Positions 12,863-27,049 of a DNA stretch of 64,000 nucleotides are shown one piece after another. The translations under genes and the position numbers were made by a program. The notes beneath the pieces are model-generated. The model saw only the letters and a program-made list of their open reading frames with translations. It had not been told where the DNA came from and ran no database searches. Numbering within the stretch: position 1 is the first letter of the stretch; each line of letters opens with the position of its first letter. The DNA comes from Eledone cirrhosa (lineage: Eukaryota). The stretch is from contig OZ024743.1 in the NCBI GenBank assembly GCA_964016885.1, positions 43,648,001 to 43,712,000 of the forward strand, given 5' to 3'.

Positions 12863-13062
12863 GCACTAGCAAAAGGACGTATGCTTTTTCCTGCCGGCGG
12901 CATATCACAGAATCGAATTTCAGCTGAGGTTACCGTTCTCATAACAACAAATGCTTGAATTACATCTTGATTGCATGGGAGAACCCTCGAAATAATTATA
13001 ATGAATAAACTATTCATGTAACAGCAGCATCTTTAATGTTAATATTAATATTATTGTATATA

Positions 13063-13255
13063 GGGCGGTGGATTGGCAGTATCGGTAGAGGGTCGGAGGC
13101 CATGCTTTGACGCATAGAGTTACGGTCTTTGCCATTCTGAGTTCAAATCCCGCCGAGGTTTACTTTGCCTTTCATCCTTACGGGGTCGATAAAATAATGT
13201 ACCAGTAACGCACTGGGTAATTGCTGGCCTTGTGCTAAAACTAGAAACAATTATT
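13063..13255 (+). mobile_element. tRNA-derived SINE (type 1)
   Basis: gggcggtggattggcag head, GAGTTCAAATCC B box, (att)n tail, and an 'attattgtatata' target-site duplication. Confidence 0.92.
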
Positions 13256-13425
13256 ATTATTGTATATATATATACATCTTCCTTATATGTATATATATAT
13301 ATATATATTAATAAGAGGAATTCCAACTTTGTCTGATTTACTCGTTTTATTTACAATCCTTTAAAATATATACAATGGTATTATAATGAAATAGTATGAT
13401 AGAATATTAAATTCTAAGTGTTAAT

Positions 13426-13464
13426 TGAACAAGTACTTTCATGCTTTCGCAATCTTCAGGTTCA
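13426..13464 (-). ncRNA. Minimal type I hammerhead ribozyme (mirror copy)
   Basis: Reverse complement of 14945-14983. Confidence 0.75.
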
Positions 13465-13984
13465 TGATATGTGGTGACAGTCGAGTTTGCAATTTTCAAC
13501 TGTAATGAGATGGGTAAATTTCCTACCTTTTATACATTTTATACAGAGAAAAGTGGCTCCAGAATGCAAAGCCCTGTAAACTGTATTTCGACCAATCAGT
13601 GTGTAGTTTCACTGAATTACTACAGCTGATTGGTTTAAGCGTCACGGCTGGTTGAGCATGCTAACGACCAATAGTCATATCCAACGTATCAATTGTTTTG
13701 CTTTTTTGAAATGATGAAAATAGCATTTTCTATTAATCATCACCATCAACATCACTTTTATTATTATTATTATTGTTGTTGTTGTTGTTGTTAGTGGTCG
13801 TGGTCATAGTGGTAGTAGAAGTAATACCCCTAGGCGTTATTATTGTTCATTTAGCTTGGGTTTGAATTTATCAATAAAATTCTTTTCTTTGATTTTTCTC
13901 TTGATTTCACTTGGGCTGTGTAATTTGTAGAATGGGAATATTATAAATATTCCCTGACCACATGTTGCCAGGTGGCCGCTTATA

Positions 13985-14569
13985 ATGACACACAACCCAT
14001 GTCACCAGAATATCTTCAACACTGCCAAAGCAAACCTACCGATCATTGCTCAAAGTAATGAATTAAAAGGCTTAATCACAGATCGATCTTTGACTCTTAG
14101 TAAAAGACAGCCAAAAAATTTGAAGCAATTGCTAACAAAAGCAAAGTTTGACCTTAACAACAAAGACCAATCATTCACTGTATCTAAATGCAATGATAAT
14201 CGATGCGGCACATGTCAATCCATACACGCCGGTCAATATATGAAAACAAAAACTGGAAAAATATTCACAAATGCAAATATGAACTGCAAAAGCAGAAATC
14301 TAATTTACTGCATTAAATGCCCGAATTGTGAAGAACTATATGTCGGTCAAACTGGAAATGCACTATCGGAACGTTCACGGGTACACCGTCAACAAATCAG
14401 AGACCCAAATGTCCGTCAGATACCCCTAAGCGGCCACCTGGCAACATGTGGTCAGGGAATATTTATAATATTCCCATTCTACAAATTACACAGCCCAAGT
14501 GAAATCAAGAGAAAAATCAAAGAAAAGAATTTTATTGATAAATTCAAACCCAAGCTAAATGAACAATAA
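13985..14569 (+). pseudogene. C-terminal GIY-YIG endonuclease fragment of a Neptune-type PLE
   Basis: CNDNRCGTC linker, NLIYCIKCPNC...YVGQT...RSRVH, and a terminal KPKLN. Confidence 0.88.
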
Positions 14570-14944
14570 TAACGCCTAGGGGTATTACTTCTACTACCAC
14601 TATGACCACGACCACTAACAACAACAACAACAACAATAATAATAATAATAAAAGTGATGTTGATGGTGATGATTAATAGAAAATGCTATTTTCATCATTT
14701 CAAAAAAGCAAAACAATTGATACGTTGGATATGACTATTGGTCGTTAGCATGCTCAACCAGCCGTGACGCTTAAACCAATCAGCTGTAGTAATTCAGTGA
14801 AACTACACACTGATTGGTCGAAATACAGTTTACAGGGCTTTGCATTCTGGAACCACTTTTCTCTGTATAAAATGTATAAAAGGTAGGAAATTTACCCATC
14901 TCATTACAGTTGAAAATTGCAAACTCGACTGTCACCACATATCA

Positions 14945-14983
14945 TGAACCTGAAGATTGCGAAAGCATGAAAGTACTTGTTCA
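14945..14983 (+). ncRNA. Minimal type I hammerhead ribozyme
   Basis: TGAAC-CTGAAGA-tTGCgaaaGCAt-GAAA-gtac-TT-GTTCA, with a 5-bp stem I and palindromic stem III. Confidence 0.78.
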
Positions 14984-16858
14984 ATTAACACTTAGAATTT
15001 AATATTCTATCATACTATTTCATTATAATACCATTGTATATATTTTAAAGGATTGTAAATAAAACGAGTAAATCAGACAAAGTTGGAATTCCTCTTATTA
15101 ATATAATCTTCTATACACAATCATACACACCCGTGTATATTTACCTATCTATATCTATATATATATATATATATATATATAAGAAGAAGTGGTATCTAAT
15201 TTGTTGGAAGTCCGACAAAATATATAACTGATTTAGAGCACTCACCAGTTTACTGGAGTAAATATTCAATGATATTAAATAAATGGAAACTATATTTATA
15301 AAATCATATTTATTTTATTATATATATTTCAAGGGCAACCAAGACAACACTAATACGCCTTCATCAGATAAAATACAAAGCTTGTTTTATAAATAGAGAC
15401 ATACCCATGAAAATCATACCTTATAGTTTGGAAATACACTGGATAGTGGAAATATATTTGGGATTATTCAAACATATGTGTGAATATGCAAATGAATATG
15501 TAAATAATTGAAAAACAACCGTTTATTTGACACTGGAGAAAGAGAGAGAGAAAAAAAATATTACAAGAGAGATAGAAAGAAGAAATTAACAAGAGAATGA
15601 ATAAAACACATATAACGTAATTTTGGGGAAATATATTCAAAGTATATATCTAATGGTACATATATTTACGATTAAATTAGTTGTTAAAAGTCTGCTCTAA
15701 TATAATATTTACTGTTATAAGTAGATATAAAACTAAATAGAAAAATAATAAATAGAAAAAGTAATAATAAGAAATAAATAAATAAATAGAAAATAGATAA
15801 ATAAATGAATAGATGGGTATATCGTGTTATAGATAATTGTTTTAATGACTTATGAGGGATATTGGTTTTGTATTTAATGTAAGTTAAATTAAATTAAGTT
15901 AACTGTGTTAAGAATATTTATATTTATATATTTTAAAATGGGAAGATACGGAAAAAACTCCAGTTTTATTTATTTAATCGTTAGTATGTGACGATTTTGT
16001 CAAAATAAGTATAAATGTTGAAAGATATATATAGCCAGAATTAGTTAGTGGTTATAAATCTAATAAGGACGAATTTATTTAGTTCTTGTAGACATCGCCT
16101 GAATTCAACATTTAGAACTATATATAAATTATAATTACACTTATAATATTTCTACGTATTTCCATCACAATCTTACCAACTTGGTTTTAATATATTGATA
16201 TCTCTAAATCATATCTATAACATTTCCTATAATTTCACTTCTTAAAGTTTCTTAAAATATATACCTATATAATTCTAATTTTTTAAATTTAAATTTTAAT
16301 TTTAATTTTAATTGTAATTTTAATCTTAATAATTTTTAATTCTTTATTTTTTATTTCTTTAATTGTTTATCTATTTTTAAAAATTACTTTTTTACTTCTC
16401 TTATAAATTATTATTTTTTTTAATTTTCCCGAATTTTTAATATTTTTTCGATATCTTTTATTAGATTTATAACCACTAACTAATTCTGGCTAAATATATC
16501 TTTCAACATTTATACTTATTTTGACAAAATAGTCTCATACTAACGAATAAATAAACAAAACTTGAGTTTTTTCCGTATCTTCCCATTTTAAAATATATAA
16601 ATATAAATATTCTTATTAACTCAGTTAACTTAATTTAATTTAACTTAATATTTACTTACATTAAATACAAAACCAATATCCCTTATAACTCATTAAAACA
16701 ATTATCTATAACACGATATACCCATCTATTCATTTAATTATCTATTTATCTATTTATTGATTTATTTTTTTTTTTTTCTATTTTTTTTCTATTTATTGTT
16801 CTACCTATTCTTCTATCTATTTATTTTTCTATCTTCTTATAACAGTAAATATTACATA

Positions 16859-17044
16859 GGGCGGTAGATTGGCAGTATCGGTATAGGGTCGGCCGCCATG
16901 CTTTCCAGCATAGTTACGTCCCTTTACGATCTGAGTTCAAATCCCGCCGAGGTTGACTTTGCCTTTCATCCTTATGGGGTCGATAAAATAAAGTACCAGT
17001 AATGCACTGGTATTTGCTGGCCTTGTGCCTAAAGTAGAAACAAT
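16859..17044 (+). mobile_element. tRNA-derived SINE (type 1) inserted in a fold-back arm
   Basis: Full head-to-tail match to the copy at 34817. Absent from the mirror arm. Confidence 0.92.
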
Positions 17045-17372
17045 TATATTAGAAAATAATTTTAACATCTAATTAATCGTAAATACACATACCATTAGAT
17101 ATATACTTTGAATATATTTCCCCCAAATTACGTTATATGAGTTTTTTTCATCCTCTTGTTAATTTCTTCTCTCTATCTATCTCGTATTATTTTTTTTCTC
17201 TTTCTTTCTCAAGTGTCATTTAAATAAACGGTTGTTTTTCAATTATTTACATATTCATTTGCATATTCACACAAGTTTGAATAATCCCTAATATATTTCC
17301 ACTATCCAGTGAATTTCCAACCGATAAGGTATGATTTTCAGGGTTATGTCTCTATTTATAAAACAAACTTTG

Positions 17373-17437
17373 TATTTTATCTGATGAAAGCGTACCAATG
17401 TTGTCTTGGTTGCCCTTGAAATATATATAATAAAATA
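17373..17437 (+). ncRNA. Type I hammerhead ribozyme (mirror copy at 15311-15375, minus)
   Basis: TATTTTAT-CTGATGA-aag...ctt-GAAA-tatata-TA-ATAAAATA. Confidence 0.72.
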
Positions 17438-17476
17438 AATATGATTTTATAAATATAGTTTCCATTTATTTAATAT

Positions 17477-17522
<46 letters not shown>

Positions 17523-17580
17523 ATGTATATATGTATATACACTTAACGGGATCTATGTGTGTATATATATATATATATAT

Positions 17581-18063
17581 GAGAGAGTATTGAAGTTTGC
17601 TTGAAGCATTGTGGAATAATAAGTAATTATCTTTAAGTCGTTTGGAAGTCTCGACAATGCAAATGGGTAAATCTCCGGGTAACAAGAGCCGGTGGTGGAG
17701 AGAGAGATGTAAGTTGGTGTACGTTGAAATGCGTGGTGTGTATAAGATGTGTAGAAGAATGAAGGGTATTCAAAACAACAAACAGCGGAGGACACGTTTC
17801 GCACCTTTCCGACAGAAACCTTTCCCCCAGCCCGGAAAAAAACCCCGGTTGATGGATGTAAATCTCTCCCAAGCTAACTCTCTCTCTCGTGTTGTTATTT
17901 ATATTTTATCCTTTATACTCTTTCCTTCATTCTTCTACACATCTTATACACACCACGCATCTCAACGTACACCCACTTACATCTCTCACTCCACCACCGG
18001 ATCTTGTTACCCGGAGATTTACCCATTTGCATTGTCGAGGCTTCCAAACGACTTAAAGATAAT

Positions 18064-18067
<4 letters not shown>
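17581..18067. mobile_element. Non-coding fold-back element in (TA)n
   Basis: Inverted arms at 17622-17765 and 17924-18067, with a ~40-bp extension on the left only. Confidence 0.75.
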
Positions 18068-18145
<78 letters not shown>

Positions 18146-18148
<3 letters not shown>

Positions 18149-19409
18149 ATAATAATAAAATTGAAGACTAAAATCCAAAGAGGGCTCGATAAGGAAAATA
18201 TATATCAAATATATAAGAACCGTAGAGCAAATATTTATTAAAATAACAGATTAAAGTTTAAGCAAAGAATCGCTGCTTTCACCCTTAACGGGATCTTCTG
18301 AAACTAACAAAGTCAATCTGTAAACGCAGAACTGGATATTTCAAAAAACGTTGCAACCGGAGGAAGACAGGAAGACGATACTTTGGTTCGTGCTAACGTT
18401 CGCTGGCAAGGAACGGGAAAAAACGAATAATACGTCATTAATAGGAGCGGTGAAAAACAATTACGCGCAAAGACAAAACCACGTTTATGGTATAAAAGAG
18501 GTCATAGACTAATGTTCTCTTAGATGGTGCATAGAGACGTTCTCTGGCAATGAACGAAAAAACGAAGATAATAAGTCATATGTGGAGCGTGGAGAACAAT
18601 AGCACGCAAAGACAAAACCACGTAAATGGTATAGCAGAAATCGTAGACTAAAATTCTAACTAGGAGACCAAATGAATCTCCGCTACAGAGTTAAGAACAA
18701 AGTAAATAATTACAATACAGAAGTAATAGAAACAAATAAATACATACACGCAAACAGATACGTACATACACAAGCATACGCAAAACCTTACCATGGGTAT
18801 ACAAAACCACGCACATATAAATATGTGTGTGTGTGTATGCTTGTGTACAAATAAATAAATAATTATTTAAATTATATAAGTAAATAAATACGTATATAAC
18901 AAGCGCACACGCATACCTACATATAAATACACGAATGTTCAGAGACGTAAGTCAACTAAAACAAGATGTACACATATACGCACACCCACCATACGTACGA
19001 ACCTGCACACTCACGCGGACGCAAAACTCCCGTATACACATAGCCAAACCCTAAATACCAAAATATGTAAAAGTTATACGCTATAACAGTCAAATATACG
19101 TACGAGAAGGTATACATACCACCTAAGAGAACATTAGTCTACGACCTCTTTTATACCATAAACGTGGTTTTGTCTTTGCGCGTAATTGTTTTTCACCGCT
19201 CCTATTAATGACGTATTATATTCGTTTTTTCCCGATCTTTGCCAGCGAACGTTAGCACGAACCAAAGTATCGTCTTCCTGTCTTCCTCCGGTTGCAACGT
19301 TTTTTTAAATATCCAGTTCTACGTTTACAGATTGACTTTGTTAGTTTCAGAAGATCCCGTTAAGGGTGAAAGCAGCGATTCTTTGCTTAAACTTTAATCT
19401 GTTATTTTA

Positions 19410-19415
<6 letters not shown>
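18146..19415. mobile_element. Non-coding fold-back derivative of the PLE at 28515-31620 (family C)
   Basis: 18232-19120 matches the 3' region of that PLE (28517-29400). 19125-19415 is an inverted partial copy. Tail on the left only. Mini-versions lie at 9823-9958 and 10245-10329. Confidence 0.88.
19328..19401 (+). ncRNA. Type I hammerhead with CAGAAGA core variant (copies at 18247-18320 and 28531-28603, minus)
   Basis: CAGATTGA-ctttgtt-AGTTT-CAGAAGA-tCCCgttaaGGGt-GAAA-GCAgcgattcttTGC-TT-AAACT-TTAATCTG. Confidence 0.7.
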
Positions 19416-19474
<59 letters not shown>

Positions 19475-20664
19475 GAAAATCACGTTCCGTGAACAGAATG
19501 CGTTACCCTAGGGGATGGCAAGACGGATGTTTTGAAAGAGTCGGTTCTCAAAATCTTTATATGTCCCTCCGTATACCTTCAGAGATAAACGAATCGGAGA
19601 GCAGCGAGTAGCATGGTAGTTTGGGAACTTCAGGCTATTCGGTAATTGAGATTGTATTACGGAAGGTCATATCCTACAAAAGGTTCTTACCATCACAATT
19701 GTGTGGCGAAGCCTCCAGATGTATACCATAGGTTTCAGATAAAATCAGTGAATTCATCGAGAACGTTGTTTCGTTACATATTATACGATTGTAACGGGTT
19801 GGCAGTGCTGAAATGTGTTCACCCATTAGAGTGTCACCGAATTAGAGATGAATGTACGCCGTTTTCATTAGACCAGGGATCAGGTGAGATTGCTTGCCCA
19901 CTGGCAAGCAATCTTTCCACAGAAAACTAAAACTTAATATGGTGATGTTAAACTGGGCGATAGATTAAGCCCAATAGTTGTAATAAATAAACAAACAATA
20001 TATGTTGAATTACTCAGGGCTGTCATCAACATTAGCATTGTTATGCGTTTTATTACCCTACGTATATCATCTCAGTGATTTGATTATTCTAAATTTACTA
20101 CTTCGACAACACCGTATTTATATCTTCATTGATTATTCTTCACTCCGTCAGCCAGCAACTATGTTGAGGTATACGCCTCACTGAGAAAGTCTGGTAAGAC
20201 AGAAATATGCCGGGAGATATCATCTGTAGAGTTGAAATAATTAAAATAATATAAATCATTGAGCTAATACCTTCTTCGTCTATTGCAATAATAATTATTA
20301 TTTTTAATTAGATGTTTGATGGATATGCATTACATGTGTTCAACGCTTTAATATACGATCTATATTCTAGTAAAATAATTGTATGTTTGCATGATTTCGC
20401 TGTTTTCAATGACAATGGTTTGAGGCGTTATACAACTGCGGATATTTCAAATATAGATGGTGTGAAAAACGAATTAGTTCTGTCCAGTCTGGAGGTAATC
20501 AACTATGAAGAAACATTTCATAATGATTCAAATTCAGGAATGTTGCTAATGATAGATCCTGATATATATATAGAGAAAGAGAGAGTGAGAGAGAGAGGGA
20601 TGTGGAGTAGCAAATGTAGCTCATATCATTCCTCGCCTTCTAAATATAGCTTTCAGTTATAATA

Positions 20665-20942
<278 letters not shown>

Positions 20943-20963
20943 ATATATATATATATATATACA

Positions 20964-21462
20964 ATAAAGTTAAATAAAAGTCAAATGATTAAAATTTAGC
21001 TTCGTTTATTACTGCTATATATATTTCAGTGACAGCCATCTTTGGCTGTGACCTCTTCAGGCAGTTTGAATTATTATGGTATAGACAAGTACATATGTTG
21101 TTTAGGTGTATAATATTGTCAATACTCTGAGGAACTGGAGTCATATGACTCCAGTTCCTCAGTGAATTAACAACCAAACAAGGAACTGGGCATATCAGAG
21201 TATTGACAATATTATACACCTAAACAACATATGTACTTGTCTATACCATACTAATTCAAACTGCCTGAAGAGGTCAAAGCCAAAGATGGCTGTCACAGAA
21301 ATATATATAGCAGTAATAAACGAAGCTAAATTTTAATCATTTGACTCTTATTTAACTTTATTTTACACTACTCCGGAGTAACCAAACCAACCTGCGCACT
21401 TCGTCGAGTGCCCCAGCCTGCATACTGAGGTGTTGGTATACAACCAACATAAACTCAAAATC
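20964..21462. mobile_element. Non-coding fold-back PLE derivative with two hammerheads
   Basis: Arms at 20964-21130 and 21195-21361, a 100-bp tail on the right only, and a 36-bp perfect palindrome at the junction. Confidence 0.88.
21260..21314 (+). ncRNA. Minimal type I hammerhead (mirror copy at 21011-21065, minus)
   Basis: ACTGC-CTGAAGA-ggtca(a/c)AGCCAaagaTGGCTgtcac-GAAA-tatata-TA-GCAGT. Confidence 0.82.
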
Positions 21463-23349
21463 TATATATATATACATATATATATATATACTACGTATGA
21501 GACAGTTGGGTAAAGAGATCCATACATAGCATACATATTTACAACAAGACATGTTGTATTGTATTCTAGGTGATGAATTGGCAAATTCGTTACAGCATCA
21601 GTAAGAGTGATTTGAGTTATTCGTTTCCACTCACTTTTCTCTGAGTTCAAATCACGCCGAGATCAACTTCGCCTATAATCCACTCAAGGTCGATAAAAAC
21701 GTATCAGTCTAGTAATGGGGTAGATTCTTTCTTTATATCTCTTTCTCAATTCCATTTTCTCACCCTCACTTTCTTTCTTTTTCTGTGTTGACGACGTGAG
21801 GCTTTACAGCCACACATATTTGTAGATATCTACCAAGGCTTGATGTTATGTTGGATATTAAAGTGCTGACATGTAAGATAAATAATTATCTAAACCAAAA
21901 TAATTCACTATTCAACATAAATGTATAAATACATAAATGCATAAATGTATAAATAATGACACTAAATACATAAAAATGCCTTTGTATACGTATTTAGCGA
22001 ATATTTCGTCAAATTAGCCCTATTTGTATGCACAATTTCAATATCCATTCGCTACTATTAAACTATTTGCTGGCATTGCACAGATAATTCGTTTCTGCTT
22101 ATCATTTCCAGTAGAGTCTAGTAAGATTTTTCATTCTATTTTAGTATGCGAATTAATACGTAAGTAAGAAACAGGTGTACACATGTCAATGTATTTATTT
22201 ACACATTTAAGCAGTTTCAGCTACGTTTTGTGCTGTTTCTGTACAAATATGTATTTATCCGGCGGTGTCTTTCGAAGGTCATATTAATATCCTTCCTGGC
22301 ATTTGTTCCGATTTCTGTTTCCTAATTTCAAATTCTGCCGAAATTATCTTTGATGTTCATCCATACGACATCGATAAATATAACACCAGCTTACATCCAA
22401 GCAAAGGTCGAAATGTTACATCATATGTGATGCATTGTTCAATCGCTTTCGCCCTTTTCCTTTCTCAGTTAGCCTATGACTTCGCCGGTGCCAAAATGTA
22501 TTGGTTTCACAATTTCCCTTCAAACACAACGTTATACGAGGAGGGATAAAATGCCTGCTGGTTTTTTCCTTACAACTGCTGGTCTTTTCCTCTCTAAAGA
22601 ATGTCCACACCCAAATGCATGATCCGTTATGCATTCATAATCTACCATAGTGAATATGTTCCCTATTTTATGAAGGGGATAAATCGTACGGCTTAATTCG
22701 CACGGAAAATGAAATTTAGTTCAAACACCTAGAGGTTCATCCAGTCTATAACCATTTACATAGCAATGGTATTGATTCCTAATATTGACACAATGCTAAA
22801 CGCTTAGATAGAAGTTATTTGGAATATATCACACCACATTATTGATCGATATTTCATGCTAGCCGCAAGGTATCTTGTGCGACGGCATTGAAGTTATTTT
22901 TATGTGACACATTGCATTATCAATATTGTTTCTAAATAGCTGCATAATGAATCTCTCTTGTACAACACTTTCTATACGTTCCTATTTACATTAAATGTCT
23001 GATACTATTTTTAAACTCTCTTTATTCAGTTAGGATACTTTTGATATAATCTGTGTTCCAAAGGTTTCTGGTTGTCGCATTAGAAATCTTTTGATGCCAG
23101 TTTTACGTTGTAAAACAGATGATAGGTATCCTTCGCATTTAAAAGAAATGCTTCATATGTATGAATTCTCTGCGTTTTATATTGTACATGAAAGATATAT
23201 TATTCATTCGTCCCATCTTTTGAGGATAAGAATTGTTTCAGTAGTATAAAAAAAACAATAGTTAATATATCATATGTGATAGTCCATACACGTGCGAACA
23301 GAGACAGGGGAGAGAGAGAGTGTGTGTGTGTGAGAAAGAAACAAAGAGG

Positions 23350-23385
<36 letters not shown>

Positions 23386-24549
23386 TAGAGGAGAATACGC
23401 ACATGCATACGCATGAGGAGGCGCAGACTTAGATAAAAAGGAAACCTCCAATCCTCTTTCTTGTCTAAAGTCTGAAGGATAGATCTTTAAGTATTTACTC
23501 TATTTTATGTCTTCGTTTTTAATATTCTCTCTACAATATCACAAATTAGAGTAATCTAATACAAATAGCAGGAATAGATTGACACTTAAATGCTAGAAAA
23601 CTAAATAAAATGATTCAATTTATTCAGAAAAGTTTCGCTATTGAACAAGTTGCCCAACAACCGAATTAGAACGTATATTTTACTACCGGAAAAATTTGTT
23701 AATCATCATAGAGAAACAAAACAAAAAAAATCGAAACAACAACTATTACAATCGCATTGAATTGACATGATTATATTTTAAAATATCACAGCATGTAGTT
23801 ATGAATGTAAAGTGGTTACTATCGACTTAAAACATCAAGCACAATTCTCTAGGAAAACATGGATAACATACGTTTGTTCGTTTTGTTTCGATTTATATTT
23901 TGCTCAACTGGTTATTTCTTTTTGTTTTGATTTTTGTTTTCCATTTCCAGTTATTCGCGCTATTGAATATATGACATTCATTTCAGTAGACAATTTACTC
24001 TTATATTCCGTTGTGGCCGTTACCTAATTCTGTTTCTTCTGAAAGCAATAAATACATTCTAGATTAGGTTATTTGCAAAGTTTCACATGGAATTTGAATT
24101 TTTGAAGGGGGTATATTCTGCATCTATTAATATAATACATTTAATATATATCAGTAGCTTCATATATTTAATCCATTATCCATATATTCCATAACAAAAA
24201 CGTGTGTATACCTTTATATTCTGAGTTTATAATACATTCCTGAACCGCAACACCTCATGATTGAACAGATTGTTTACTTTAAACTTAATACACACAAAGT
24301 CTAATGACCATCCGAATAGGTCACATATACCACACCTAATACGTCAATCATCCGACATATTACACGTTTAATATTTATCACTACCTTCATATATCATATT
24401 TAATGCGATCGAACATACGCTACAAGGTGCATGGCCACTCAATGAACAAAATCAGCAACATTATATTCCTTATTTCACTCCTACTTAAATGCAATCAGTC
24501 TTAAACAGTCTTTTTAAATATTTTGAAGTGAAGCATACCAATTGTTCAG

Positions 24550-24677
24550 GGTACTTACTGAGGAGAGCTGAACGGAGTATTCTTTCACTTTTTCATCTCG
24601 AAACTTATTTGGATTTTGAAGTTTAAACTTATCTACGGAAAAGGTTTGATTTTGATATTTAAATTTGTCTAAGTACC
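24550..24677 (+). ncRNA. Type I hammerhead ribozyme with long stem III
   Basis: GGTACTTA-CTGAGGA-GAG...CTC-GAAA-(long AU/GU hairpin)-GTC-TAAGTACC, with a perfect 8-bp stem I and a GUC cleavage triplet at 24667-24669. Confidence 0.85.
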
Positions 24678-25087
24678 ACTAACTTTTGCCAATATCGTTT
24701 GTTTTTATTGATTTATTATTTTCAATCCAGATAGGCTAACTGTATTATTATAATTAGTATTTTTCAATCTAGCTAACTTAGTCTTTTACAATACAAACAC
24801 TTATATGTTGGTATTTGTGTTTATCATATATATATATTAATTTATATTAACTTGTATTACACGGCTCAGAAATACTTCTTTCTTTGAGCTATTTCATTGT
24901 AAAGGACTGCTTGAGTTTAGAACTCATTATTCTTAGTATCACTGCTCCTTATGTAGAGCTAACTTTAGCCCCATTTAAACCGCTGTTATTTCTAGCAGAA
25001 CGAGTATGCGGCAGCTAGAAACTGGAAATCCATGTGCGTTAAACAGTCTTTTTAAATATTTTGAAGTGAAGCATACCAATTGTTCTG

Positions 25088-25214
25088 GGTACTTACTGAG
25101 GAGAGCTGAATGGTGTATTCTTTCACTTTTTCATCTCGAAACTTATTTGGATTTGAAGTTTAAACTTATCTACGGAACAGGGTTGATTTTGAAATTTAAA
25201 TTTGTCTAAGTACC
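25088..25214 (+). ncRNA. Type I hammerhead ribozyme with long stem III, second tandem copy
   Basis: Same core and stems as 24550-24677, with GUC at 25204-25206. Confidence 0.85.
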
Positions 25215-25470
25215 ACAGCCGTTTGCCAATATCGTTTGTTTTTATTGATTTATTATTTTAAATCGAGACAGGCAAACTGTATTATTATAATTAGTATTTT
25301 TCAATCTAGCTAACTTAGTCTTTTGCAATACAAACACTTATATGTTGGTATTTGTGTTTATCATATATATATTAATTTATATTAACTTGTATTACACGGC
25401 TCGGAAATACTTCTTTCTTTGAGCTATTTCATTGTAAAGGACTGCTTGAGTTTAGAACTCATTATTCTTA

Positions 25471-27046
<1,576 letters not shown>

Positions 27047-27049
<3 letters not shown>

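Larger units (their letters stand above)
13305..15155 (+). mobile_element. 5'-truncated Neptune-type PLE with an inverted upstream pLTR
   Basis: 13305-13982 is a near-perfect reverse complement of 14427-15104. A GIY-YIG ORF fragment lies between and overlaps the right arm. There is a hammerhead in each arm and a ~50-bp tail on the right only. Confidence 0.92.
15181..17480. mobile_element. Large non-coding fold-back PLE derivative (family B)
   Basis: Arms at 15268-16066 and 16458-17480, the right arm interrupted by a SINE. Tail on the left only, hammerhead in each arm. Related pieces lie at 27680-28017 and 39083-39172. Confidence 0.85.
24501..25473 (+). repeat. Partial tandem repeat (about 1.8 copies of a ~538-bp unit) with one hammerhead per unit; retrozyme-like or tandem pLTR
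   Basis: 24501-24939 and 25039-25473 are highly similar direct repeats. The second copy runs into (TA)n. No meaningful ORF. Confidence 0.88.

Noticed and set aside
13063-13160. tRNA-like A/B boxes as tRNA genes
   Set aside because: No cloverleaf is present. These are heads of multi-copy SINEs with tails and TSDs.
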